Shown here: positions 42,964-57,889 of the stretch, piece by piece
Position numbering within the stretch: position 1 is the first letter of the stretch
Layout of the letters: every line of letters begins with the position of its first letter
NCBI GenBank assembly: GCA_951406725.2
Contig: OX597818.1
Location: forward strand, 100,750,001 to 100,814,000
Length of the DNA stretch: 64,000 bases
Origin: Octopus vulgaris
Lineage: Eukaryota
Direction of reading: 5' to 3'
Position numbers and translations under genes: made by a program
Notes under the pieces: generated by a model
Told to the model about the DNA's origin: nothing
The model's database searches: none
What the model saw: the letters and a program-made list of their open reading frames with translations, nothing else

Positions 42964-43314
42964 TACAGGACACTGCTTGGAATCGAACTCGATTGTTGTT
43001 GAAGCTGAGAGTGTCCGAAAGATAGTGTCTTCAAATTTGAACCGACTGTCAATGTGATATCTAATAAAATACCGGGGTAATTTTTATGTTTATCAATCAA
43101 AATATTTTTTCTCTAATTTGTTTCCACTCTAATGTCTAATTTGATAAACTTTAAGTTTCAAATATTAATGCATAAAATGAGGTAAAAATGAGTAATGACT
43201 ACTTTCAATATCTTCTCTTGGATGGTAGGGGGACAAACACAGGCAGATACCGAGACAGAGACAGAGATACAGGCACACACACACGTGCACACACACATAT
43301 ATATATGTATAAAG

Positions 43315-43465
43315 GAAACTTCTTTCAGTTCCCATCTACCACACAGCGACATCTTCTCACAAGGCTTTAGTCGGCCCGAGGCTCTACTAGAAGACAATTG
43401 CCCAAAGTGCCACACAGTGGGACTGATCCTGGAAGATTCTTACCAAACAGCCACCCCGATGCCCG
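43315..43465 (-). mobile_element. SINE family B 5' part
   Basis: ctttcagttcccatctacc...cacaaggctttagtcggcccgaggct...gcccaaagtgccacacagtgggactga. Confidence 0.7.
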
Positions 43466-43997
43466 TCATGTTAATCATGTTCTTTCTTTGTGTCTTAGAG
43501 ATATGTATTGAAAATATACCCAGTTTATTTGATTTTTACTGAGAGTTCAGACAGCTATTTCTTGCATGAGATGTGGACTCATCTTTCATTTATGCTTGTG
43601 TTACTTGATAAACATATGTGGATACACAAACATGAGTATTTTACATAATTCTAAGTTAAGATGTGCAGTGTAATGTGCTTACCAAATACCTTAATACATA
43701 GCAGTGTGAATATTGAACATATCGATTAATAAGTCAATCATTATCCTATTCTTTCATAACATGCATTAGTCTATAATCACATCGTGTGTCTGTATTATAC
43801 CAGCGGCATACACCTGTAGCCGCTGAAAAGACTATGATTGTTTCTGAGCTGACAAAATCTTTACCGACTTTTAACATAACGCAGTGTCGTGACCGTAGAC
43901 TCTTCTCTGTATAAGTTAATTTGTGAAAACGTATATACATACGCAGGCGTAAAAACAGACACATATGCGCTAATCATTATTTCAATTTCTTATAGCG

Positions 43998-44660
43998 ATG
44001 TGTTAGTGTGCACGCCGGATGAAATGCGTAGCCGTATTTCGTCTGCCGTTACGTTCTGAATTCAAATTCCGCCGAGGTCGTCTAGGCCTTTCATCCTTTC
44101 GGGGTCGATAAATTAATTACCAGTTACGCACTGGGGTCGATATAATCGACTTTATCCGTTTGTCTGTCCTTGTTTGTCCTCTCTGTGTTTAGTCCTTTGT
44201 GGGTAGTAAAGAAATAGGTACTTCGTCTGTCGAAGGCGGCGAGCTGGCAGAAACGTTAGTAGGCCGGGCGTAATGCGTAGCCGTATTTCGTCTGCCATTA
44301 CGTTCTGAGTTCAAATTCCGTCAAGGTCGACTTGGCCTTTCATCCTTTCGGGGTCGATAAATTAAGTACCAGTTACGCACTGGACTCGATGTAATCGACT
44401 TAATCAGTTTGTCTGTCCTTGTTTGTCCACTCTATATTTAGCCCCTTGTGGGTAGTAAAGAAATAGGTATTTCTTCTGCCGCTACGTTCTGAGTTCAAAT
44501 TCCGCCGAGGTCGAATTTTCCTCTCCTCCTTACGGGGTGGACTAAATAAGTAGCAGTTACGCACTGGGTCGATATAATCGACTTAATCCGTTCGTCTATC
44601 TTTGTTTATCCCATCTATGTTTAGTGCCTTGTGGGCAATAAAGAAATAAGAAACGTTAGT
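43998..44660 (+). mobile_element. Head-to-tail trimer of SINE family A
   Basis: Three successive copies of the GAGTTCAAATTCCG...GGGGTCGATAAATTAAGTACCAG...AAAGAAATA core. Confidence 0.9.
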
Positions 44661-47304
44661 TGCGTACTTGGATAGATCTAATTGACTGGCCCCTAAACTC
44701 CAAATTTCGGACCCTGTGCCTATAGTAGAAAATAATATATTACGGGAGTGAAAATGAAGGTAATAGCAAAACTATTATAACATTGCTGATTTTGTCATTG
44801 TGAAGAATCTTAAAATGTAGAAGCTACATTTATGCCTTCTAAAGAAATGCCTAGCTTCATTATATGGAATAAATAACAAAGTAAAGGAAATTTCATTTTA
44901 TTCGTGCACGAGATAACGAGATAGTAGGCGAAAGCAAATGCTTTGTTATACTCTGATGTGTATAACGCAAATTTGCAAATACGAAAGTGGGCACTATTAA
45001 AAGGTATGTTGAAATATTTGTTTTATATAAGAAATAACTGTATGGCCACACTTTTTCTGTCATTGTAATGAACATAATAGTAGACAGAATAATATGTTTA
45101 CCTGACGCACATGTAAAGAATGTTTGGAAACGAAAACTAATACACACTAAATAATATATATGATTATAAATTTGTTAAATATATGAAGAAAATTAGGATA
45201 GTTTTCGAACTTTACGAGAATTCCCAGATGGAATTAAGCAGTATACATTTGGACAAGTTTCTAAATAAACCAACAGAAATAACTCCAAAATTGTTCACTA
45301 ATTCCTTAGAGAAGAATTCTAAAAAGATACCGATTGTACAAATATACATACAGCCCGTTAAATACATTGCTGTCGTTTACCTAAACGCTGCAATTTATTT
45401 CTAATGAAAGGAAAGACGTAGAAATAATTTAGGTGGAAATGCTAGGGAATGTTCGGCTTACTACAGTTAGAATTCAGACGATGTGAACGTCCTGGACACA
45501 TCAGCTAATAAATGTTCAGCTACAATAAAGCCCGTGAGATTTCACCTTTTATTAAGTAGAATGCATTGTTTGCCAAATATTTTAAATTGGTAAATATGAG
45601 TTAGATAATATTTGATTAGTTATACGTCTGCATATATCAGACTCGACACTGTGGTTCCTGACTAATTGAATTATATTGCCAGTTTTGCTCGTTTAGTTAT
45701 GATGGATTAGGAATGGCCCACGTCAGAAGATTATGTGGAACCAAGTATATGAGTTCACGTGATGTATCATAAGAAAGTTAAGAATTGAAACTTGTGAAAT
45801 AAGAGTTATTGATAAACAAACAGAACATTATAAACAAAATAGCGTTTAGTCTCATAAACAAGCATTAATACTTAAGAGTTAATATTTGAATGTTTGCATG
45901 GATATGTAGGATCTATAAAGTCTAAGAGCAAAAAATCCAACACTACTGTCAAAAATGAACGAAGGAAACGAAGGATACAAATACACTCTCTGACACTTGA
46001 ATACATAATGACAGCAAGTATTTCAGCTCTTTTAACACGAATTTCGCAACAAATTCAAATGAAGTCAAACATCAGTTGAAGTCGGAATGATAGTGTGTAA
46101 ATTTGAATAAAATAAAATACGTCATCGTACGTGTTCACGTACCTAGTGTAGCGAGCGATAAAACAATAGCGGAAATGCAAGCTCAGTCGAAGATCGCACT
46201 GAATGTAATGCCGCCTTGTGTGCTTTATGCATATATATACTAATCAATAAAATGATGTCTTATAATCATATCAACCAGAGATACAATTAGGTGCTCTAAT
46301 GCACAAATTAAAATAAGTGTGAGCATGTACGCTTAAGTATCTTCAATAACTCCAGCACACTCATATTTTTTCCAGCTGCAAATGTTAGTTTGGTATCATT
46401 CTAGTCTATTAGAAAACTCGGTACTTTTTCGGGTTCAAGCAAATATTGAAAAATCCAAGAATATTCTGTAAAATCTTCCATTATGGGAACGAACATCCTC
46501 TACTAATTGGAAACGTATCACAGATAATATAGACCTTGACATATTAAATACTAAATAAACTTCTATGCTCCGTTAAGAATATATTTGAATCTGTGCAAAG
46601 AAGTGAAATCAAATCTGAACAATCCTTAAATGCAATAATTAGATGAAACATTGAAATAGTTGAAAGAATTGTATCGCAATAGCATAATTCCTCAGTTAAA
46701 CCCAACTATTCAAATTCATATCGTGGATGAGGGTGATTAAAATAAATTCATTGGCGCTTTCAAGTATATACGTTTGTTGGCTTTTGTGGAAACCGTCACC
46801 AAATATTAACAAAACTGAATTTTCTTCGTAGACAAATACGAATGAGAAACTATTATGGCTGCTTAGCAAAATGATGATGTTTTTGATAAGAAGTGTACTG
46901 CAGTCTCGAAAGAAACATAGAAGGGGTAATATAATATCGCCATACAACAACCCGTATATTGTACAAGGTATCAGTGATCTATATATAAATCTAAGCCAAC
47001 CATGCACAAGTACCGTATAAGATATCACTAACTTTCACACCAATTGTAATATCACAAAGCATACAATAAACGAATTACCGTGTCAGCTGTTATCTGGAGA
47101 GACTACTGGTGTATCTTGTTCAATAAGTCTTTGTTTACAATCTTACAATCAATAAAATGTTAATTTCTATCGACGACAATCATTTGCATTTAATATAACG
47201 TATGGCATTCTGAAAACAACTAAGTAGAGACAACTTACACCAAATCGTTAACATTATTTAAATGCATAATACATACATAAATCTGCACACACACACACAC
47301 ACAC

Positions 47305-47371
<67 letters not shown>

Positions 47372-48174
47372 CTTACACATATACTTATATGTGTGTGTAT
47401 TCAGAGAAATATATATATATAGAAAGAAAGAGAGAAAGAGCGATAGTTAGATATACACTGTTAGTAAAAGAGTGATTGTCAAAATCCAATTTAAAATGTA
47501 AGTGACATAACCACTATCGACTTGTCAGTTCTGATATCATCAAAAGTTTATCGCTGTCTCCTTCATTTTAAATTGATCTTCTTTCCGCAATCTGTAAACG
47601 GATTCCATCTCTGCAACTTGTTTCTGTTTTCTACGATCTTTACTTGTTTTATACATGTGAAATACACTAACGATCAGAAGGTACCTTGCTAAATAGTTAA
47701 ACACACTCTTCAATAAAATATGAATGTATATAAATAAAAATATGTTGCTTTTCACCCTCGTTTTTACATTTATGAAACATATTATCCTTTAAGGGATAAA
47801 TATATAAATGAAACTCATATGCCCAATCATCTTGTTATAAATTGTTATGCAATATCACGCATACGAAAACCATATATTGCTGTATATCATAATTTTTAAT
47901 GCGCTTATTTTTACATATTGAGCCTGTATTGAGCTTATAATCATGTCTGTATCACACATAATGTCACGTACATTATGCTTCTATATACAATGCAGTTTAC
48001 ATACACACACTCACATACACAACACTCACGCACTCACGCACACATACGGATATGAAGTGGAGAACTAGTTTATAATCTACATATTTCAGAACTCTTAAAT
48101 TAATATTCCCTAATCAATGTTGTTGGCTCAAAAAAAGACGCATATTATAAACTGACACTCGATACACTCGATCT

Positions 48175-48369
48175 GCTTCTGAGCAGATATCGCCAAGCTT
48201 TCGGCAAAATTTGATGCATATTCTCTGTTGAGCTTTCTCTGTAAGCAGCGAGAGTGAGCTAGAACGTAGAAACGTAGAGTACAAGGTCAATCTGTACTAA
48301 ACGGCTTCATTCAGCATGCATTAGCTTGGTCACTGTGGCAACAGTCCGGATACCTGGGGATCAGACCAC

Positions 48370-48453
<84 letters not shown>

Positions 48454-50304
48454 GCATACGCATATATATACATATATATCTATATATCTATATCTATTTC
48501 TATATACATATATATTGTCAGTGCTTGTTCCACCATCATCATCTGTGAACCGATGTTGAGGTGTTTATGTCACGGAAACTTAGCAGTCCGGCAAAAGAAC
48601 GGTAGAATAAATAATAAGCTTACGAAGAATAAGTACTGGGATCGACTTGTTCCCTTCGACAACCAGTTTCCCTCCAATTACAAAGCAGACAGTTTCTAAT
48701 AAAACTAACCTTCTTATTCAAATCTAACAAGTTTCAGTGCTAGAATTTAGATCGTGTTCGTGTGGTTTTGCCCACTCCATTTGTATGCCGCTATGAGCAG
48801 ATCAACTACTCTGCTAATTAGAAAATTAGGGTTGATCAAACACGAAATATCGTTTACAGGGAAGTTTTGTAAACGTAATAATATGCTTAATATGTACTAT
48901 GTAATGCTGTACATAAGTATAATCAAAACCAACACTTACTTATATTTTGTTACATTTCCCATGCCAGTTTTCAGTATAAATACATGCATACTTAAAGTTC
49001 TTATACTTTCCACCCTCCTAGTTTTGTTATTAAATATAACATAAAAATCATAAAAAAAAAAAATCCAGCAATTTGTTTCGACATATACACATTATTTGGT
49101 TTATAAGCAATTCATATCCATGTATACAAGTCTCTTCAGCGTTTTAGTTCCAAAGAGAGACGAAATATTTTTATATAAAAGAGAGGTTGTGTGTTGTCTG
49201 CCTCCTACGATTTAGATTCCTAATTACTCCCACATTTTGCGGTGCAGTTTAACCAAAACCGGGTATCTTATAGTCGTGATTCATATCGAGCCCTTCTGTG
49301 TATTAGCGCGCGTCTAAGATGAGTCTACGATGAGTCTACCATCAATTTTCCCCATTTTTAATGCAATTTTTGGCTTATATAAGGGAAGTAACACTCTAAT
49401 AATTTATTATTAAATCTCAGAACGTAAAAAGCTACAGTAACCCCCCCTTTGTGGTTAGCCATATCGAGATGGCTATTATACTTTACATCTCAAAAACTGC
49501 TTATATAATTATTTCCCTTACAAACCCGAGCAACGCTGGGCGATACTGCTAGTTCCATATAAAAGGACTGCCAGAGAGCAAAATATTGATTCAATTTACC
49601 TACGTTTAGGCGCATGAGCGTTATCTATTCAAATGCATAACAAGCAGCATAGAAGAATAAAAATAACGGACAAAATAATTAAGTAAAGAAAATCTGCAAC
49701 TTCGAGAATGTTGCTATATATCTCCAATAATATCAGTTCAAATCCATTTAAGTCGAAAACAATCACTGGCTATTTGAATGATATATGATAATAACAATAC
49801 ATGAATAAATGAAGTATCGGAATCCTACTTATTTAAGAAACGGTAGAAAATCGTGTAAATCAATATTTATTCTATAAATATGCATATGCATGTTCGAAAA
49901 AAAACAACATATTTCTAGTATATCAACTATTTATTTGTATGTAATACTTTTCAAATATTTATAATAACTGAACGAAAAAAAATATATTACATATTATGAT
50001 AATATAGTATTATGTTAATATAATGATAAAATATAATAATACATCTCATTTATTTAAATTTATTGATATCAATGTTAATAACAAATACTATTCTCTATTT
50101 ATGCATTTTATCGAAAGGAGAACCCGCTTAAGAAAATAAACAGAATGTTAGATCTATGATAATTATAACCTATATTATTTCTTAGAGAAAAAGATGACAA
50201 ACCAAAACAATATATAAGAAGTATCTAAATTTTACCAAGTCTTTTAGAAGTAACAAAATTTGAAGATACAGGAATAAAGTGTTTTCAAAGCAACTAACAA
50301 CTAA
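48175..50304 (+). repeat. 2.13-kb direct duplication, copy A (of 54673-56804)
   Basis: Near-identical sequence; ORFs 48754-49044 and 55250-55540 are identical. Confidence 0.97.
49168..49552 (+). mobile_element. Non-autonomous Helitron
   Basis: 3' CCCGAGCAACGCTGGG hairpin then CTAG followed by T; 5' TATATAAAA-rich end preceded by A. Confidence 0.82.
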
Positions 50305-50407
50305 GATACATCCTTTGTTTTCCCAAGCAACTTTCCGCCCCACCACACATACATCGATCGATCGATCGATCCATCAATCGATTCATCCATCCATATATAT
50401 ATATATA

Positions 50408-50582
50408 CAGTGAGAATTTACAAAAAAAACAACAACAAAAGACGCAGACGGGTGCGTAAGCAGCAAACAGGTGTATTAGTTTAACAGTGAGTAAGTCTTT
50501 TACGTTTCAAGTCTACGCTCTTCGACAGAAAGAAACGCAAAAATAAAGAGGGAGAGAAAATAAAGAAAGTTTAGTGGCTATC
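50408..50582 (-). mobile_element. Short Penelope-like repeat with variant hammerhead (50496-50533)
   Basis: TCTTT-CTGTCGA-A-GAGC-gtag-ACTT-GAAA-CG-TA-AAAGA; homologous to 115-292. Confidence 0.55.
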
Positions 50583-51889
50583 CAAACTGAGGCCAATTTG
50601 AAGTGATGTATGTGTTAAATGCTACACAAGCTCATACAAAAGCTCATTGCAAAATAAGAACACTTGTGGAATGCAAGTGTGTGTGTAGACGATGTTCTTA
50701 ATGATATTAACCTCCCGTTCATTGACATAGCTGTAACAAGATACACAATTATTCATCGTAATTCACAATAACATGCATGCAATCTGGAAAGGTCATTTAG
50801 TTGTAAATATCGCTGGAAACATGGTGCAAGTCGTAGATTCTGCCAAAGAAGTCTTTAAAAAAATGATAGATAGACTGCTTGTAGATACGCTTAAATTATA
50901 GGTGATTGTACAGGCTGAACCCGCTTCCTTTTTCGAAGTTCAATGCTACAAACACCTCGTTATGTAAAATCCCCAGGGAGCATTTAGTATGAATGATAAC
51001 AGCATGCTTGAATTAGTAAAAGCCTGCTTTCAAAAATGCAAAAATCTAAGGTTTGTTAAAGACACTATAACGAATAAATTAGAAATTATTCAGTATAACA
51101 TCTTTGTATTGTTTCAGCAAAAGCTTGCGCTTTGCATTAGACTTAATTGTTTAATTTCAGTGAAATGACGGTGACGGGGTGATTAGAGGAAACTTACAAG
51201 CAAGGAAAGACGTAATCAGAAAAACAATTAAAACAGGTGTCTCCTGAATAGCACGGTATTTGTTTAGGTCATCTTGAACATAACCTACTCAGACGCTTTA
51301 TGATACATTTTTGGATCTAAAAAGAAAATGTTCACCTAAATAATTTGTATGTGCGAATGAGGACGTGGGCGAATGTGAGGCTAGCAAACATTGCGAAGAG
51401 GCACTAATTTACAACCACTCAGAAATGAACATCACAAATTTGCAAGAAAGACACAGCTGATACGTCATACTATTCAAACAGAAGAGAGAAAGGTGCAAAA
51501 TTGCTCTTTAATTACTTGAGATTTTCCTCGTCCGACCGTTCGGAATTCGTGGTACGGCTTTGTAGGTAACATGCCCCAACTACACATCGGCGAGCAGACT
51601 AGCAGTACTCATTGAACATAAGAGCAATATTAAACATTGACAGCGTAAATTGTCTTACCTCTTGAATTCACTTAACTTTTCATATAGAATCTATAGTTTT
51701 ATGCATGGAATTGTTAGTCTATTGATATCAATTATACTAATTATCGTAGTATGTCCAATTTTTCATCCTTTCCGAATCGATGAAATAAATATCAATTGAT
51801 GTGATCAATTGACACTCTCACTTGAATTTTATGGCCTTGTATCAGAAATTGAAACATACTATAGAAAAGAATAATAAAGAATACAGAAA

Positions 51890-52075
51890 TTTTGGCTCAA
51901 GGCCAACGATTTCACGGGAGACGGTAAGTCGATTAAATCTACCCCAATGTTCAACTGGCATTTCTTGAATGTCAAAGGCGACCTAGGATGAATTTACATT
52001 GAGAACGTAAACACGGATGACATTCAGCTAAGATTTTAGCCCGGTACGTTAAAATTTCTGCCAGCTCTTCGCCTA
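51890..52075 (-). mobile_element. Decayed SINE family A
   Basis: ctgccagctcttcgcc head and agtcgatta...cccca segment. Confidence 0.55.
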
Positions 52076-52769
52076 ATTCTTTTCAAATATTAATCATCAT
52101 TGAGCTTGAGATGTTGTATCATATCAGATTCATCCACAACAAATTATGGTTAGGAAATCATAGTTGAATTATCTGATGCTTTCGGTATCTGTTCCAGTAT
52201 TAACTAAATTACATTTAGGAGCTTTCAAATATTTAACAAACTTCCTTTCGTTTCTGTGACCGAAATCAGTAACATTTACTGTACATTTCCCACCTGGCAA
52301 TGATTACATTGTAAATCGCGATATTTCAACCATTTACAGAATATTTATGATATGTTCTTAGATGTTAAAATAGTCGTTGAACCCATTTATCAAACTTTTA
52401 AATATGGTAACGTGTACGCTGCCAAATAAAATTTATATACTGACTTCCTGAAATATTTCTCACGGTTAGAATATAAAGTTTTACTATTCATTATGATATA
52501 AGCATTGTAGTTGTTTTTGTTGTAGTTGTTGTTGCTATTGCTGTTAGATATTCTGCGAATATGTGTATTTACTGTTTTGTTTTCCAGTTCACGTCATTGT
52601 CTTTTGAATTTCGTCAGATTTCTTTTACACGTTTACATTTCCAAATACCCATCAGTAAATATCGTTGACAGCTTTAACATACTTATTCTGTTATTATGTT
52701 CATATAATCTTTAGATCTATATTAGAAACTCATCTAATATTTTAAAGATTCAAACTATATATATATATC

Positions 52770-52812
<43 letters not shown>

Positions 52813-52827
52813 ATTTATATGTGTATG

Positions 52828-52881
<54 letters not shown>

Positions 52882-53270
52882 ATTTATTTATTTATTTATA
52901 TGTGTGCGTGTCTGTTTGAAAACAGTAAGAGGTCTGTAGGTAATATTGGTTAGAAGAAAATTAATCACCTCAGGCGGTTCTCGACACACTGATGCAGTCG
53001 ATCATTATTGCAACAAAAGCAGAAATGCACCACTGGGTCTCGTAATTGTTTGAAACTCATTCAGCATAAAGTATTGTGTAAAAATGTTGTATGGTTTTCT
53101 TATACATTATATAGTAGCGACGAAAGAAAATATGAGTCACATATGTAGTCACATATGTATTTTGATATAAATACATACACCATAAATACATACACCTAAA
53201 TGTGATATATGCGTGTGCGTGTGTGTATGTTTGTGCGTTTACATACATGTAGACTTGTTAATATAAATAC

Positions 53271-53321
<51 letters not shown>

Positions 53322-53997
53322 GGTATGTAGAAAAATACAACATGGACAAGAACGTATAACTCTTAGAAGACGACACAATAAACACGGACAGGACATTCGA
53401 AACCCTCAGTCTTCAGTCAAGAACCGGATCATCGTAGTAATTTCGGCTGATTAATCTTGAGATTACTAGATCACGGCCAGCCCTCCAAGAAAAACTAAGC
53501 AACGAGCATTAGAAAAACTAAGCTGGGAGCGTAGATTTCCTGGAAGAAGGATCGAATGCATACGAACACCAGGACAGCAAAAGGGACAGATATAAAAAAA
53601 CAAAAAACAATAATGGAATACAGAAACATGAAATACAGAAGCATTAACGGTGAAAACAACAACAAGTGTCTTACGACTGATAACAAGCAAACAAATTTTT
53701 TCTCTGGCGCATTGGAAAGGAGCCTTATCGGCGATGCCTATAGCGGCGGACGAAAAACAACGATGTTAACACGACGCTGGTGAGAAGCTGAAAGGCAGAT
53801 TTCGGCCAGCAGTCACGTGACAGAGAAGAGAGAAAAGAAAAGAAAGAGAAGGAGAGAAATATATATATATATACGCATGTATATTTATATATGAGTGCGT
53901 ATATATTTATATGTATATATAAAGTGTATTTAACCAATGATCGTGTATCTGTATTACTATCTCTCTCTTCAGCCTCTCTCTTTTATACCCCCCCCCA

Positions 53998-54051
<54 letters not shown>

Positions 54052-54052
<1 letters not shown>

Positions 54053-54867
54053 GAGGTCTGATCAATTAGTATCCGGACTGTTGCCGTAGTAAAGAATCTA
54101 TAGCACCCAGTGTAAAGCCGCCTGGTTAAGGTTGACCTGTAACTCTGCTTTGTATGCGCACTAATTTTTAATAATCTAGCTGACTTCCGCTGTTTACAGC
54201 GCAGCTTGGAAGGAAGGAGTGATGAGGTTGATCGTTGCAGTGACCATGACAGATAAACTTATCATGGCGATATCTGCTCAGGGCAGTACGCATGTTTGTA
54301 GAAAGAGTATGGAGAGACGTATCTGAGCTGCACAATAGTGTACGAGTCATTTTGATGTTTCCAAGATGGCCGAAAAAGTGTTGATATTGACGAGCGTTCT
54401 GGGAGACACTTAGCCATCAGAAGTGAGAAAAATATCGCAGATGTGTGTGTAGCCGTTAGAGGAAATTGACGAATCACGTACCATGAGGAGGATAAGCAAA
54501 TTAGTTACAGTTCAAATCAGTCCATTATCTCTGAAGATTTGGATATGAGATACTAGTCTCCCGAGATTATGCGAAAACTGCTTTCAGCTGACCATGAATT
54601 CACTTGGATTTCATTTGCACAATATCTTGATTGTGTCGAAAACGATGAAAAGTTTTTGGAAACATTACGTAGGCTTCTGAGCAGATATCGCCAAGCTTTC
54701 GGCAAAATTTGATGCATATTCTCTGTTGAGCTTTCTCTGTAAGCAGCGAGAGTGAGCTAGAACGTAGAAACGTAGAGTACAAGGTCAATCTGTACTAAAC
54801 GGCTTCATTCAGCATGCATTAGCTTGGTCACTGTGGCAACAGTCCGGATACCTGGGGATCAGACCAC

Positions 54868-54868
<1 letters not shown>
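54052..54868. mobile_element. Mariner derivative made of two inverted 5' ends
   Basis: TIRs CGAGGTCTGATC...TATCCGGACTGTTGCC at both ends, in TA context. Transposase N-terminal peptides on both strands (plus: FQDGRKSVDIDERSGR; minus: QRICIKFCRKLGDICSEAY). Confidence 0.85.
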
Positions 54869-54949
<81 letters not shown>

Positions 54950-56804
54950 GCATACGCATATATATACATATATATCTATATATCTATATATATTTCTATA
55001 TACATATATATTGTCAGTGCTTGTTCCACCATCATCATCTGTGAACCGATGTTGAGGTGTTTATGTCACGGAAACTTAGCAGTCCGGCAAAAGAACGGTA
55101 GAATAAATAATAAGCTTACGAAGAATAAGTACTGGGATCGACTTGTTCCCTTCGACAACCAGTTTCCCTCCAATTACAAAGCAGACAGTTTCTAATAAAA
55201 CTAACCTTCTTATTCAAATCTAACAAGTTTCAGTGCTAGAATTTAGATCGTGTTCGTGTGGTTTTGCCCACTCCATTTGTATGCCGCTATGAGCAGATCA
55301 ACTACTCTGCTAATTAGAAAATTAGGGTTGATCAAACACGAAATATCGTTTACAGGGAAGTTTTGTAAACGTAATAATATGCTTAATATGTACTATGTAA
55401 TGCTGTACATAAGTATAATCAAAACCAACACTTACTTATATTTTGTTACATTTCCCATGCCAGTTTTCAGTATAAATACATGCATACTTAAAGTTCTTAT
55501 ACTTTCCACCCTCCTAGTTTTGTTATTAAATATAACATAAAAATCATAAAAAAAAAAAAATCCAGCAATTTGTTTCGACATATACACATTATTTGGTTTA
55601 TAAGCAATTCATATCCATGTATACAAGTCTCTTCAGCGTTTTAGTTCCAAAGAGAGACGAAATATTTTTATATAAAAGAGAGGTTGTGTGTTGTCTGCCT
55701 CCTACGATTTAGATTCCTAATTACTCCCACATTTTGCGGTGCAGTTTAACCAAAACCGGGTATCTTATAGTCGTGATTCATATCGAGCCCTTCTGTGTAT
55801 TAGCGCGCGTCTAAGATGAGTCTACGATGAGTCTACCATCAATTTTCCCCATTTTTAATGCAATTTTTGGCTTATATAAGGGAAGTAACACTCTAATAAT
55901 TTATTATTAAATCTCAGAACGTAAAAAGCTACAGTAACCCCCCCCCCTTTGTGGTTAGCCATATCGAGATGGCTATTATACTTTACATCTCAAAAACTGC
56001 TTATATAATTATTTCCCTTACAAACCCGAGCAACGCTGGGCGATACTGCTAGTTCCATATAAAAGGACTGCCAGAGAGCAAAATATTGATTCAATTTACC
56101 TACGTTTAGGCGCATGAGCGTTATCTATTCAAATGCATAACAAGCAGCATAGAAGAATAAAAATAACGGACAAAATAATTAAGTAAAGAAAATCTGCAAC
56201 TTCGAGAATGTTGCTATATATCTCCAATAATATCAGTTCAAATCCATTTAAGTCGAAAACAATCACTGGCTATTTGAATGATATATGATAATAACAATAC
56301 ATGAATAAATGAAGTATCGGAATCCTACTTATTTAAGAAACGGTAGAAAATCGTGTAAATCAATATTTATTCTATAAATATGCATATGCATGTTCGAAAA
56401 AAAACAACATATTTCTAGTATATCAACTATTTATTTGTATGTAATACTTTTCAAATATTTATAATAACTGAACGAAAAAAAATATATTACATATTATGAT
56501 AATATAGTATTATGTTAATATAATGATAAAATATAATAATACATCTCATTTATTTAAATTTATTGATATCAATGTTAATAACAAATACTATTCTCTATTT
56601 ATGCATTTTATCGAAAGGAGAACCCGCTTAAGAAAATAAACAGAATGTTAGATCTATGATAATTATAACCTATATTATTTCTTAGAGAAAAAGATGACAA
56701 ACCAAAACAATATATAAGAAGTATCTAAATTTTACCAAGTCTTTTAGAAGTAACAAAATTTGAAGATACAGGAATTAATTGTTTTCAAAGCAACTAACAA
56801 CTAA
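54673..56804 (+). repeat. 2.13-kb direct duplication, copy B
   Basis: See 48175-50304. Confidence 0.97.
55665..56052 (+). mobile_element. Non-autonomous Helitron (duplicated with its flanks)
   Basis: Nearly identical to 49168-49552. Confidence 0.82.
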
Positions 56805-57358
56805 CGGTCCTTATTTACGTAAACTGTCGAAGGAAGAATTGCGTAAATCTAAATTAACATCATATATACATAAAATATAGATCTACGATAGATATAACAT
56901 ATATTTTTTCTTAGATAAAAAGATCATAAACTATAAATAATATATTTCAAAATTTTACAAAGTCCTTCAGAAGTAGTGAAATTAGAGTGTTGGAGTAAGA
57001 ATAGAAGCTATAAAGTACACAATATTATAAAGAATTATGAAACTTATTAAGCTTAGTTTGTATAGCAACTAACTCACTTATTTACAATTAGTCAAAATTA
57101 CATAATTGTGTATAATAATTGCTATAATCTACTTATTCGTACTTACACAAACAATTTCTAGAACAAATACTAATTTACTTACTTTATCAGAGGAAACAAA
57201 ATATTTTTGTAAGTAAAAGTTTATACATTAATAAATAAATTAGCTATTTAATAATCAAAAAAACATCAGCAATACGTACTTGGAAATAAATGTTTTTGAA
57301 CACAATATGGCATTATGTAAAATTATTCATATTTTTATTATCAATATTATTATCAACA

Positions 57359-57400
<42 letters not shown>

Positions 57401-57889
57401 ATGTGTGTGTATGTATGTATGTATGTGTATATGCATGTATATATACGAATCATGTGAAAGTGTACAGTTTTAGATTATGCTTATTACTGACACTAATAGG
57501 AAAACTACATCTGGAAACAATGTTATGAAACAAAATTGTGCTTTATATTAAAGCAAGCGGAAGCACATATTTCTTAAATATTAAACATTTAGCAACACAA
57601 ATGACATGTAAATTTGTATCCCAAAAATATTAAAAGAGATTATTTCCACATAGGCCTTGCAAAAAATCATGCATATATATGTGTGTGTGCGTGTGTTTGC
57701 CTGTATGAGATGTATGTATAAGGAAGTTTTTTCATACTATAACCAGTGTATGAGTCTGTCTTTTTACGAGTGTTTTGAATGAGTGTCTGTACGATATCAG
57801 TTTGAAACAGCAACATGCTGCTATTTATTAGGTTGTCAACTATGAATTTCGCAGAACAGTATAAAGAATTTGCTAATATTTTATATAAA

